DNA from: a virus
Lineage: Duplodnaviria; Caudoviricetes
DNA: 64,000 nucleotides
Virus record (IMG/VR): IMGVR_UViG_3300012018_000002
Coordinates: 32,001 to 96,000 of that record
Reading direction: 5' to 3' (one strand)
A program made the translations under genes and the position numbers. The notes under the pieces are model-generated. The model made no database searches, was not told the origin of the DNA, and saw only the letters and a program-made list of their open reading frames with translations. This document shows positions 25,624-35,826 of this stretch, piece after piece. Each line of letters starts with the position of its first letter. Position 1 is the first letter of the stretch.

Positions 25624-25812
25624 ATGAAAATTAAAATTATTATTGAAGGAGAAGAGCTTTCAGAAGTAATAGAATTTACTCATAAAGCATTAATGAATTA
25701 CATTAATCATCCTCCAAATCCACCAATTTTATCAAGTATGGTAAATATGGTATTGTTAGATAAATTTGAAAAACTAACAGAGGACGAGAAAAAAATATTC
25801 AATTTATTATAA
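25624..25812 (+). CDS. Small hypothetical protein
   Basis: 62 aa with A-rich leader. Confidence 0.55.
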   Translation: MKIKIIIEGEELSEVIEFTHKALMNYINHPPNPPILSSMVNMVLLDKFEKLTEDEKKIFNLL

Positions 25813-25815
25813 ACT

Positions 25816-26352
25816 ATGGAAATTTTTAATATTATAAACGATGCTCCAGTCGTAACTCCAGAAGGACTATATATTCCAGAATTAAGAAATATCTGGAATA
25901 GAGATAAAAGTCCACACAAAATAAAAGCACAAGGAGAACTTGCTGCTATTTATCATTTAATTGACCCAAGAAGTTCTTATGCAAAACAACCTGAAGAAGA
26001 AAGACAGAAGTTAGTTGCAATAGATTATATTGGTGATGAAAATTGGATTCCTGACGAAGATATAACACTAGCAATGGAAAAATACAGGATACTTATTATA
26101 GGTCCTGCTATGAGATTTTATTTATCATTAAAAAAGTTACTTGATTCTATATCTGATTATGCTAACAACACAACAGTAAGAGGAGGAAAAGATGGTAACT
26201 TAACACAAGCTTTAGCTGCTATTGAAAAAGGAGAAAAAATTATGTCATCTCTTGAAAAAGCTGAAAAGATTGCCAACAGAGAAATACAAGCTACTGTTGC
26301 AAAACTTAAAGGTAATGCTAAGTTTGGATTTATTCAAGGAGAAAAATTATGA
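25816..26352 (+). CDS. Protein preceding TerL, possible terminase small subunit
   Basis: 178 aa, helical, ATGA-coupled to TerL; function inferred from position. Confidence 0.5.
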   Translation: MEIFNIINDAPVVTPEGLYIPELRNIWNRDKSPHKIKAQGELAAIYHLIDPRSSYAKQPEEERQKLVAIDYIGDENWIPDEDITLAMEKYRILIIGPAMRFYLSLKKLLDSISDYANNTTVRGGKDGNLTQALAAIEKGEKIMSSLEKAEKIANREIQATVAKLKGNAKFGFIQGEKL

Positions 26353-28589
26353 GGTCAGTAATAGAAGGTATAAGTCCAAAAGTAGCACTAAGATGGAATA
26401 GTATATTAGACGAAATTCCTGACAGTGTAAGACCTAGAGTTTCTGACTTAACAACTAGAAATTCTGTTAGTAATACAGGAATTCCTTATTTTTATTTTAC
26501 AGATAGTTCAGTTTTTACTCCTGCTGCTAATGCATTTAGAGAAAGTGAGAAAAATGCACCTAAAGGAACTACTCCTACATACACACATTATTTAGAAGGA
26601 ACCATTGCCTGGAAACAGTTTTGGAGACAAGAATATGAAAGATGTATTAATGGATATGAACCTGAAATAGATGGTGTTCCTTGTGGTGTTAGAATTACAG
26701 GAGAACACTATTTTTATTTGAATTATTGTAGGATAGTTCAAAAATACGAGGATGAAAAATCAGGTAAGGTAACTAAAAGAGAGGATTTTCCTGAGTTTTT
26801 ATCTATGGACTTTTACTGGTTTCACATGCTTGAAAGAGCAGAAAACCCAGAAAGATTTGGTAGAAGCACATTTGAAAAAAGACATTTAATTATGGCTAAG
26901 GCTCGTAGAAAGGGTTGGTCATATAAAAATGCTGCAGGTGCTGTTTATGTATATTCATTTGTTCCTAATGGTAAGGTAGTAATAGGTTCTCAGTTTGGAG
27001 ATAAAGGTAAGATTACATTTAACATGGCTATGACCATGATTGACTTTATCAACAAACATACAGAATTTGCTCAACCTTGGGTTCAAAGAAGACAAACTAA
27101 AAACGATTGTTTTATTTTATCTGGTGCTGAAGAAGATATAGATGGTGTTAAAACTTATAAAGGTATTAGAACATCTATAGAAACTGTATCCTTTAAAGAT
27201 AGACCAGATGCTGCTGCAGGTCTTTATGCAACTAGATTCTTATTTGAAGAAGCTGGTCAAATTGAACAATTAAAAGCTGCATTTGAGTTTTCTGAACCTA
27301 CACTTAGAGATGGTGATTATCTTACTGGTATAGCTATTATCTATGGAACTGGTGGTGATATGGAGAAGGGTGCTAAAGAATTTAGTGAAATGTTCTACAA
27401 TCCAAAAGACTATGGTTTAATGGAATTTGACAATATCTATGAAGATATAGAGTTATCAGGTAAGTGTGGATGGTTTGTAGATGATATGTGGTTTAGACCT
27501 GGTGAAATTACTATTGAAGATAAATTATACAAAGCTGTAGATGAGAATGGTAATGCACATAGATGGGTAGCTGAATTAACACTAGAAGCAGAAAGAGAAG
27601 TAAAAAGAAAATCATCAAGAGAAACTTACTCTACTTTTGTTACTCAGCGTTGTAAAACTCCTGCAGAAGCTTTCTTAGTAGTTCAAGGTAACGTATTTCC
27701 AGTTGCTGAATTACAGAGTATTTATGCTAGAAAAAGAGCATTAAATGAATTTACATTGTTAGGAAGAAATGGAAAACTAGTAGATACATTAGGTATTCCA
27801 AGATTTGTTCCAGATTTAAGGAATGAATTATATCCTATGGATACTTATCCTTTAAGGTCTCAAGAACATAGTAAAGAAGGATGTGTTGTGCAATATGAAG
27901 CACCAAGAGAAATAGAGGGTTATGTGCAACCAGGTGCTTATGTAGTTTGTATGGACCCTATTGATATTGATAATGAAGGTGCAGAATCTTTGTGTGCTAT
28001 CTATGTTATTAAAACTATGAAGTTTGCTCCTATTATTGGTGGAGATGAAATAGTAATGGAATACGTAGGAAGACCAAAAGAAGATACAATTGATACATGT
28101 AGTAGAATAGCATATTTAATGTGTAAATATTATAATGCTAAATTATCACATGAAAATGATAGAGGTGGTAAATCTGTAGCAGATTACTTTACTAAAAATA
28201 AAGCATATCATATGTTACTTAAACCACCAGCAAGAATGGTTTCTGGACATATTCAAAACTCCAGAACACTGTTAAGAAAAGTAGGTCACTCAATGTCTTC
28301 TCCTCAAATGAAAGAATTAGGAGAAATATATTTAAAGAGATGGTTACTTGCAATTAGAGCAAAAGATAGAGAAGGAAAAGAAATTCGTAACATGGATTTA
28401 ATACCTTCTAAAGGTTTGTTTGAAGAATTAATTATGTATAACAGAGATGGTAATTTTGACCGAGTATCTGCTTTAATGGGAGGAGTTTTACAATTACAAG
28501 AGTTGTTTAACGAGTTCAAAGAAGAGAACGAAGATGAAGAATCAGTAGGTTCTTGGTTTTCAAAAAGAACATCTTATTTTAGAAATTAA
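26349..28589 (+). CDS. terL: Terminase large subunit
   Basis: ITGEHYFYLNY, Walker A KARRKGWSY, Walker B FLFEEAG, YGTGG, nuclease CMDP...GNFDRVSA. Confidence 0.92.
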   Translation: MRSVIEGISPKVALRWNSILDEIPDSVRPRVSDLTTRNSVSNTGIPYFYFTDSSVFTPAANAFRESEKNAPKGTTPTYTHYLEGTIAWKQFWRQEYERCINGYEPEIDGVPCGVRITGEHYFYLNYCRIVQKYEDEKSGKVTKREDFPEFLSMDFYWFHMLERAENPERFGRSTFEKRHLIMAKARRKGWSYKNAAGAVYVYSFVPNGKVVIGSQFGDKGKITFNMAMTMIDFINKHTEFAQPWVQRRQTKNDCFILSGAEEDIDGVKTYKGIRTSIETVSFKDRPDAAAGLYATRFLFEEAGQIEQLKAAFEFSEPTLRDGDYLTGIAIIYGTGGDMEKGAKEFSEMFYNPKDYGLMEFDNIYEDIELSGKCGWFVDDMWFRPGEITIEDKLYKAVDENGNAHRWVAELTLEAEREVKRKSSRETYSTFVTQRCKTPAEAFLVVQGNVFPVAELQSIYARKRALNEFTLLGRNGKLVDTLGIPRFVPDLRNELYPMDTYPLRSQEHSKEGCVVQYEAPREIEGYVQPGAYVVCMDPIDIDNEGAESLCAIYVIKTMKFAPIIGGDEIVMEYVGRPKEDTIDTCSRIAYLMCKYYNAKLSHENDRGGKSVADYFTKNKAYHMLLKPPARMVSGHIQNSRTLLRKVGHSMSSPQMKELGEIYLKRWLLAIRAKDREGKEIRNMDLIPSKGLFEELIMYNRDGNFDRVSALMGGVLQLQELFNEFKEENEDEESVGSWFSKRTSYFRN

Positions 28590-28599
28590 AAAAAATTAA

Positions 28600-31182
28600 A
28601 TGATATTTAACTCATTACCACCGCAGAGAATATCTTTCGCTGCAAAAAATAAACAATGGAGAATTAATTGCATGGATTTTTTATGCACCCAGGCAAATCA
28701 CCATTATCTGCATGATTTTAAAAGAATGTTAGATAATTACAATCTCCATAATAATATTATAAACCAAGAAGAATTCCAAAAGTATTGTGACCCTTTAGGT
28801 TTAGATGCAGGACAAGGTAAAGACTTTGTTCAAGCATTTAATAAAACACACAATAAAATTCAAGTATTAAGAGGTGAAGAATTAAGAAGACCTTGGAATT
28901 TTCATGTAAAAGATTTTTCTCACAATGCAACTAACGAAGTAATAAGAGAAAAACAAAGAGAATATAAGAATTATTTCAAAACTCATATTGAGTTAGAGAT
29001 ACAAAAGCAACAAGCTATTATTGATATTGAAGCTAAATTACAAGCTGGAAAAGTAAATAAAACAGAAGCACAAAGAGCTTATGAGCAAATTTCCCAGTCT
29101 TTAATGGCTAAAGAAAAAGAAGTATTAAATCCTGAAGAAATAGAAAGGAAGTTTAAAAGTTACAAAACATCAAAAGAAAAATTGATGAGTAAACTTCTTA
29201 GAAGTAAAACAGGTGAACTTGCTGTAAAACATAAGAAAAATGAAGCTTTCTTTGATTTAAATGTAGCAGGTATTGAAGCTGTTATGACTACAATTATCAA
29301 TGGTGAACCACAAATAGAAATATTAAATCCATTAGGTGTAGCTTATCATAAATCACCAGAAATACAGTTTTTCCAAGATGGTGATTATGTAGTTTATAAG
29401 AGAGAAATGTCATTAGGACAAATATTAGATTTATATGGTGATGATTTAAGTGATAGAGATTTAAGAGATATTAATGAGAGACTAACTAATATATTTGGAA
29501 CTAATGCTAAAATGATGTCTGCAGATGGAGAATCTCCTTCTCACTGGGACCAATTAAACAGAAGAAGAGGACATGATTATTACTCTATTCAAAGTGTTCC
29601 TTTTACTGGTGGTTATGGACAAGGTAATACAAAAAATAGCTTTTTAGTTGTATATACAGGATTTTGGAAGAGTTATACTCAAGTAGGGTTTTTATCCTAT
29701 ACAGATGATAGAGGTGAAAAACAATCAACTATTGTTCCTGAAGAATTTCCTGTTCCAAAAGAAGCAAGAAAGATAACTTTAAAAGGTGATTTCTATAATA
29801 AGAAAACCAAATATGTATGGGTAGATGAAATAACAGGTTCTACAATGGAACTTATATGGGAATTTATTCCTCAAGTTTGGGAAGGAACTAGAATTGGTCA
29901 AGATAAGTATTTGAATATCAGACCTTATCCTTATTCTAAAATGTCATTAGAAAATCCTTTTAGATGTAAACTTCCTATTTTTGGAACTGCTTTAAATAAT
30001 AGAAACTCTGTTATTACTTCTACAATGGATAGAATGAAACCTTGGCAAAGACTTTACTTATTAGTAATGACTAAGTGGTTAAAGTTAATTGCACAAGATA
30101 AAGGTATCATTCAACTATTAAACTTGTTAATGTTAGATAAGGATATAGGACCAGAGAAAACAATGCAATATGCAATGGACTTAGGTTATTTACCTTATAA
30201 TCCATTAAGTAATACTGAAGCATCAGGTATAGTTCAAAATATGAAAGTATCTGAATCTGTAAATCTTTCTAACATTGCTAACATTAGATATTATACAGAA
30301 ATACTTTCTTTCCTGGAAGCACAGATTGGAGAAGCTGCTGGTATATCTAAACCAAGAGAAGGACAAACAGGCAGTAATACAAACGTAGGTGATAACAGAC
30401 AAGATTTACTACAAAGTGCTGTTATTACAGAACCTCAGTTTGCTGTGCATGACCTTATTTGGGAAGACATATTAAATGAATTAGTATATCTTACTCAAAG
30501 AAATATTGCAGAAAAAGGAGGACAATACTCAAGAGAAATACTTTCAGATGAAGAAATTGCCATAATTGAAATGGATGGTATTGATTTTGTAAATTCTGAT
30601 TTAGGAGTTAGAGTAGCTAATAACGGTGCTGCTAATACAGTGTTAGACCAAATAAAAGCTAATGCACAAGCTCTTATTCAAAATGATAAGATTAATCTTT
30701 CTACATTAATGGAACTATTATCTACTGAAGACTTAGCAGAATGTAAGATGATTGTAAAAGACATAGAAGCAAATATAGCAGCTAGAGAAGAAGCTATGAA
30801 CAATTCTAATCTTGAAAATCAAAGAGCAATTGAAAAAATGAGAGTTGAAGCAAGAGAAGATGAGCAATTACATGAAAAAGAATTACAAGAAATGAAAGAT
30901 GCTGCTGCTCTTGAAAGAGAGTATGTTAAGGCTATAGGAACTGCAACTGCTGCTACTGGTGATATTGATACTGATGATAACACTGTTCCTGATGTGCTTG
31001 AAATAGAAAGATTTAAACAAGAAGCAGAAATATCAAGAAAAGAACATGATTTGAATGAAAGAAAACAAAGACATCAAGAAAAAATAGACACAGAAAAACT
31101 AAGATTAGAAAAAGAAAAAATAGCTTCTCAAGAGAGAATAGCTAAAACTAAAGCAGCTCAAGCAAAAAAGAAAACTACATAA
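28600..31182 (+). CDS. Portal protein
   Basis: 860 aa after TerL, LPPQRI start, WEGTRIG, coiled-coil C-terminus as in crAss-like portals. Confidence 0.85.
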   Translation: MIFNSLPPQRISFAAKNKQWRINCMDFLCTQANHHYLHDFKRMLDNYNLHNNIINQEEFQKYCDPLGLDAGQGKDFVQAFNKTHNKIQVLRGEELRRPWNFHVKDFSHNATNEVIREKQREYKNYFKTHIELEIQKQQAIIDIEAKLQAGKVNKTEAQRAYEQISQSLMAKEKEVLNPEEIERKFKSYKTSKEKLMSKLLRSKTGELAVKHKKNEAFFDLNVAGIEAVMTTIINGEPQIEILNPLGVAYHKSPEIQFFQDGDYVVYKREMSLGQILDLYGDDLSDRDLRDINERLTNIFGTNAKMMSADGESPSHWDQLNRRRGHDYYSIQSVPFTGGYGQGNTKNSFLVVYTGFWKSYTQVGFLSYTDDRGEKQSTIVPEEFPVPKEARKITLKGDFYNKKTKYVWVDEITGSTMELIWEFIPQVWEGTRIGQDKYLNIRPYPYSKMSLENPFRCKLPIFGTALNNRNSVITSTMDRMKPWQRLYLLVMTKWLKLIAQDKGIIQLLNLLMLDKDIGPEKTMQYAMDLGYLPYNPLSNTEASGIVQNMKVSESVNLSNIANIRYYTEILSFLEAQIGEAAGISKPREGQTGSNTNVGDNRQDLLQSAVITEPQFAVHDLIWEDILNELVYLTQRNIAEKGGQYSREILSDEEIAIIEMDGIDFVNSDLGVRVANNGAANTVLDQIKANAQALIQNDKINLSTLMELLSTEDLAECKMIVKDIEANIAAREEAMNNSNLENQRAIEKMRVEAREDEQLHEKELQEMKDAAALEREYVKAIGTATAATGDIDTDDNTVPDVLEIERFKQEAEISRKEHDLNERKQRHQEKIDTEKLRLEKEKIASQERIAKTKAAQAKKKTT

Positions 31183-31279
31183 TGCTATAATAAGTTAATG
31201 TGTATTATGAAAACTAGTCGTTTTTGTATAAAAGTTGCAAAAATATCAAAATAATTACATATCTTTACAATTCCAAACT

Positions 31280-32413
31280 ATGAGTGAAATAATGAAACTT
31301 CCAGAAATTCCTACATTTAAGGAAACTGAGAACATGAAACTAACAGGCATAATTACTCCAGAGCCTATTGAAGAAACTGCAGAAGAAGTTGCAGCTAGAG
31401 AACAAGAAGAACAAGAAGCAGCTAGATTAGCCGAGGAAGCTGAAAAGCAAAAAACTCCTGGTTATTTAGATGACAATCAAGAGGATAATCAAGATGAACC
31501 AAAAGCTGAAGCTAATTCTATTATTAGTTATGTAAAAGGGTTAATTGATTTAGGTGTTCTAAATACTCCTGAGAATTTTGAAATCAAAAAAGACTTTACA
31601 GAAGCACAACTTCAGGAGTTACTTGATTATGATGCTAAAGCAAGAGATGAAGAATCACAATCTTCTTTTTTATCCAAAATTAAAGACCCAAGAGTTCTCG
31701 AACTTGCAGAGTTTAGTATTAAAGGTGGAGAGTTTGCAGATGCAGAAAGCTTCTTTAAACTACAAAAACAAGAAGAATCATTTGAAAAAATTGATTTGAC
31801 AGTTAGAGAAAATCAAGAACTAATTGTATTAGAAGCATTAAAAAGAAAAGGTATTAACCCTAAAAGGGCTAAAGACATGCTTGATTTAATTGTTGTTAAT
31901 GATGAACTTGAAAGTGAAGCTACTGCCTTAAAAAATGAATTTATAGAAGCTACAAAGCTAGAAAAACAAAAACTTGCTGAAATTGCAGAAAGGTCTAATA
32001 AACTAGAACAACAAAGACAAGAAGCTTGGAGAAATGATTTTTATAAATCATTAGAAGCTACTAAATTTAAACAAGAAAAAAAGAGTGAAATACTTTCTTC
32101 ATTTAATAATGTAAGATTTGAGAATGGAGAAACAATGCCAAAATGGAGATATAAAATGATGCAGATTCAAAACAATCCTGGTCATTTTATGGAGTTCTTG
32201 GACTTATTATCTCTTTATAATCCTGAAAAAGGATTTAACCCAGTTAAAGAAAAAGCAGCAGAGATTAAACAAACAGAAGCTGCAAATAGTTTATTTAGTA
32301 AACTAAAAACACATGCAACAGGAATGAAAGTTGGTAAAGGTGGTCAATCAGACGAAGTAGAAGAAAGATTTATCCCAACAAACCCTGCTGATAGAAACGT
32401 AAGAATAAAATAA
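31280..32413 (+). CDS. Acidic scaffold-like protein (probable start MSEIM at 31280)
   Basis: Glu-rich helical protein between portal and capsid. Confidence 0.65.
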   Translation: MSEIMKLPEIPTFKETENMKLTGIITPEPIEETAEEVAAREQEEQEAARLAEEAEKQKTPGYLDDNQEDNQDEPKAEANSIISYVKGLIDLGVLNTPENFEIKKDFTEAQLQELLDYDAKARDEESQSSFLSKIKDPRVLELAEFSIKGGEFADAESFFKLQKQEESFEKIDLTVRENQELIVLEALKRKGINPKRAKDMLDLIVVNDELESEATALKNEFIEATKLEKQKLAEIAERSNKLEQQRQEAWRNDFYKSLEATKFKQEKKSEILSSFNNVRFENGETMPKWRYKMMQIQNNPGHFMEFLDLLSLYNPEKGFNPVKEKAAEIKQTEAANSLFSKLKTHATGMKVGKGGQSDEVEERFIPTNPADRNVRIK

Positions 32414-32420
32414 ATAATAT

Positions 32421-33938
32421 ATGCAATTTACAATGTCGGGGCTAAAGCCCACCCTTATCACAGAAGGTTTTGGAGGTAACTCAGTTAACTCTACTCACCT
32501 TATTAGAACTTATGGTCTTGATAAAAAAGATGACTTGTCAGTAAACGCTACTGGTATTGCTCAATTATTTTCTGCTACCGATAGATATGGTGATAAACCT
32601 ATGATTGGTATGACTGAAGCTAAAGGTAAAAAAATCTATCTTAGCTCTAATCAATATAGCTGGAAGTTGAGAGGATACATGAAACAAGTAGCTACAGTTA
32701 CTGAAGTTATCGAAACATCTAGTAGACCAGGTGAAAACCAATCAGAATTTCAAGTTGTTTTAAACAGAGGATGGTATAAAGAACCAGACGTTCTTATCTC
32801 TGAATCTAACGCTTATCCTCTTGAAATTGTAGGTAGTCCTTATCAAAAAGGATTAGGTTGGGTTTATACTTTAAGAATCCAAACTGATGATAACTCTTAC
32901 TACATTCCTACTGAATTTATTCAAGTTGGTAGAGAATTTAGAAAAGTGTCTACTTCAGTTGTAGATGAAGAAAACAACAAATATGGTACAATTCAGTTTA
33001 ACTCAATCTTTGAATTGAGAAGCCAAACTGGAAACGTAGCTGAGAAATTTGAGTTTTCTGATAAAGCTCTTAGGGTAGATAAAAACTCTGCTAATTCAAA
33101 AGCATTACACTGGAATGTTCCTTTCTTCGATAACAAAGGTAAAGAATATAGAAACTTTATGCCTTTGGCAGAAGCAGAAATGATGAACCAGGTATATGAA
33201 GATATTGAATGGGGATTAGTTTTTGGTAGAAAATCACTAAGAAATGTTGGTCCTTCAGGTTATGTTAAAAGAACTGGTCCTGGTTTAAGACAACAATTAG
33301 AGTATGGTCACACTCTATACCATAACAACAACTTAACACTTGCCAAACTTGACCAATGGCTAAATGCTATCTATAGAGGTAGAAAAGATGCTACTCCTGA
33401 TAAAAGAAGAATTATCTTAATGACAGGAGAGATGGGTGCTACAATGTTCCATAACATGGTTGCTTCTCAAGCTTCTGCTTTCTTAACTGTAGATACACAC
33501 TATATTGAGAAAGAAAGTGATGTAAGACACTTAGCATTTGGTGCTCAGTTTACTCACTACAAAGGTATCAATGGTCTTGATGTTACTGTAATGCTGAACC
33601 CAGCTTACGATAACCCTGATTATTGTCCTCAAACTCACCCTATTTACACTGACACAGTATTAGACTCTTGGAGAATGGATATTCTTGACTTCGGAGTAGC
33701 AATGCAATCAGGAACTGATGCAATGGGAGATAACATCTCTATGGTTTGTGAACAGTATGCTGATTACTTCTTTACTACTGCAGGTAAATGGAATCCTAAA
33801 ACTGGTATGCCAATTAACGATGGTAGCCCTGGTTTAGCAGGTGGTATCTCAGGTTATGCAACATTCATGGAAAAATCTTTCGGTCTGTTGATTAGAGATA
33901 TTTCAAGATGTGGTTCTATTCAATTGAGAATTACCTAA
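32421..33938 (+). CDS. Major capsid protein
   Basis: 505 aa, position, high-expression codon bias, TGPGLRQQL and TGEMG motifs typical of crAss-like MCPs. Confidence 0.85.
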   Translation: MQFTMSGLKPTLITEGFGGNSVNSTHLIRTYGLDKKDDLSVNATGIAQLFSATDRYGDKPMIGMTEAKGKKIYLSSNQYSWKLRGYMKQVATVTEVIETSSRPGENQSEFQVVLNRGWYKEPDVLISESNAYPLEIVGSPYQKGLGWVYTLRIQTDDNSYYIPTEFIQVGREFRKVSTSVVDEENNKYGTIQFNSIFELRSQTGNVAEKFEFSDKALRVDKNSANSKALHWNVPFFDNKGKEYRNFMPLAEAEMMNQVYEDIEWGLVFGRKSLRNVGPSGYVKRTGPGLRQQLEYGHTLYHNNNLTLAKLDQWLNAIYRGRKDATPDKRRIILMTGEMGATMFHNMVASQASAFLTVDTHYIEKESDVRHLAFGAQFTHYKGINGLDVTVMLNPAYDNPDYCPQTHPIYTDTVLDSWRMDILDFGVAMQSGTDAMGDNISMVCEQYADYFFTTAGKWNPKTGMPINDGSPGLAGGISGYATFMEKSFGLLIRDISRCGSIQLRIT

Positions 33939-33962
33939 TTTTATAGTTTCCTATAAAATATA

Positions 33963-33980
33963 GAAGGGGGAAACCCCTTC
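33963..33980 (+). terminator. Strong hairpin after the capsid gene (terminator or stabiliser)
   Basis: GAAGGGG-GAAA-CCCCTTC; no U-tract on the plus strand. Confidence 0.45.
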
Positions 33981-34010
33981 ACATCAAAAACTCCAAAAAA
34001 ATAAAAAACT

Positions 34011-35081
34011 ATGTCATTAAAATTAGAAACTGGGAGAAAGGTTATAGTAAGACCTAACCCAAACATTAGACCTGTTGTTAAGTATGAAAGAGTAACAGAA
34101 AGAGATTCCCAAGGGAATGATATTACAGAACCAGATAGAGAACTTACCAGAGCACCTGGAACTAAATTTACTTTTATGGCAAGTCCTTCAGCTTTACTAA
34201 ATGGTTATCTTGCTACAGGAATGCACCACATGGTTGCTAATCCTTACAAAGACCAAAAGAATTATAAATCAGCAGCTTGGAAAGATATTTTACATGAGAA
34301 TGATGAAGTATTACTAAGCAATGTTATTGAGTATAAATTTAATAAACCAATTGGTTATTACTCTAATGAAGTTGATTTACAAAGAGTAACACCAGTAATT
34401 CTTGCAAAAGATTTACCAAAAGAATTCAATTTCTGGCAAAGTGATTTAGCCATGTTTGATTTAGAAGATGGTGGTATGGTGCTTAACTTAGACAAAGAAA
34501 GAGATTTAATTCTTTACTATTTGTTAAAAGAAGACCCAATGTGTGCTAATAGTTATGAAGAACTAAGTCCAATGACAAGATTCTTTATTGCTGCAGAACA
34601 CGAAGAAGAACAAAGAAAAGTAACAAAAGATAAGTCTATTGACATTGCATTGTCAAAACTTGTTGAAATTGACTCAGAAAGTGATTCTGATAAATTAATA
34701 AAATCATTTGGTAATGTGCTTGGTGTAAGAACTAAAGGTATTAGCAAAGAAAGAACTTATCAAGAATTAAGTAATAGATTAAAACAAAACAAAGCTGACT
34801 TCATTACTAACTTTAATTATTATTACAAGTTATGGAAAGAACCAGCAACTAGACAAGAATTCGCTGTAAGAGCTAGATTAGTAGATTATACAGATTTTGG
34901 TGTAATTACAATGAGAGGTTCTGAATACAGTTGGTTGCCACCAAGAGATGTTGATGGAAAACAAGAACCTGAGATTACTTGGTTTAGAAGAGAAGATGTA
35001 ATCAATTACTTATTAGATAAAAAATATCAAAAAGAAAGAAGCCTAATGGAGGCTCAACTAGAAGCTAAAGCTAAATATTAA
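34011..35081 (+). CDS. Conserved capsid-module protein
   Basis: 356 aa directly after MCP. Confidence 0.7.
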   Translation: MSLKLETGRKVIVRPNPNIRPVVKYERVTERDSQGNDITEPDRELTRAPGTKFTFMASPSALLNGYLATGMHHMVANPYKDQKNYKSAAWKDILHENDEVLLSNVIEYKFNKPIGYYSNEVDLQRVTPVILAKDLPKEFNFWQSDLAMFDLEDGGMVLNLDKERDLILYYLLKEDPMCANSYEELSPMTRFFIAAEHEEEQRKVTKDKSIDIALSKLVEIDSESDSDKLIKSFGNVLGVRTKGISKERTYQELSNRLKQNKADFITNFNYYYKLWKEPATRQEFAVRARLVDYTDFGVITMRGSEYSWLPPRDVDGKQEPEITWFRREDVINYLLDKKYQKERSLMEAQLEAKAKY

Positions 35082-35824
35082 TGTTAATAGATAGAATGCA
35101 TTATGAATTTGGAATCAGGTTTGACCAAGTGGATAACCAAAGCAAACCTGATTTCACACCTTTAGAAAGAGATACTTTCCTTAATAACGCTATTAGAGAG
35201 TTTATAAAAAAGAGATTTGGACTAGACCCTCAATCAAAAGTAGGATTTGAAAGTGACTCTGATACAATTAGTGCTCTATCAACATTACACGTAGAATCTC
35301 CACAGACACAAGTAGAATTAACACCAAATAATTTAACAGATGGTATATATTCTATAAACTTGGATGATTTAACTACTGAACCTTGGTTTATAACTAAAGT
35401 TCAAATTAGAGCAACTAAAGACAATTGTCCATCTAAAAAAATAGATTGTCGATATAAACCTATTGATTTATTAAATGATAGGTTTTCAACACCTTCTTAT
35501 AAATGGAAAAGATGTCCTTTTAGAATATCTTCAACATCTACAACAGGAAAATCAGCAATCTATATGTTTACAGAAGATGATTTTGAAATTACATCATCTT
35601 TAGTATCCTACATAAAAAAACCAAATGTTGTTTTTATTGGTGGATATAATCAAATAGATGGACTATATGATGCTGCTGACCCAAAAGTAAATTGTGACCT
35701 AGATGAAAATTATCATGATGAAATTGTAGATATTGCTGTTAGTTTAGCACTACGTTCTTTAGGTGACAATAGAACACCATTATTTAAAACAGATATAATA
35801 AATAACAAACAAAAAATCAATTAA
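35081..35824 (+). CDS. Tail ring/head-tail adaptor protein
   Basis: MHYEF...D.FLN.A...YIKKP...H.EIVDIAV pattern of crAss-like ring proteins. Confidence 0.65.
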   Translation: MLIDRMHYEFGIRFDQVDNQSKPDFTPLERDTFLNNAIREFIKKRFGLDPQSKVGFESDSDTISALSTLHVESPQTQVELTPNNLTDGIYSINLDDLTTEPWFITKVQIRATKDNCPSKKIDCRYKPIDLLNDRFSTPSYKWKRCPFRISSTSTTGKSAIYMFTEDDFEITSSLVSYIKKPNVVFIGGYNQIDGLYDAADPKVNCDLDENYHDEIVDIAVSLALRSLGDNRTPLFKTDIINNKQKIN

Positions 35825-35826
35825 TT

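Noticed and set aside
25419-25634. 71-aa ORF in the track
   Set aside because: Runs through the whole of tRNA-Ile and starts within tRNA-Gly; not accepted as a gene, although the part between the tRNAs could be a gene remnant
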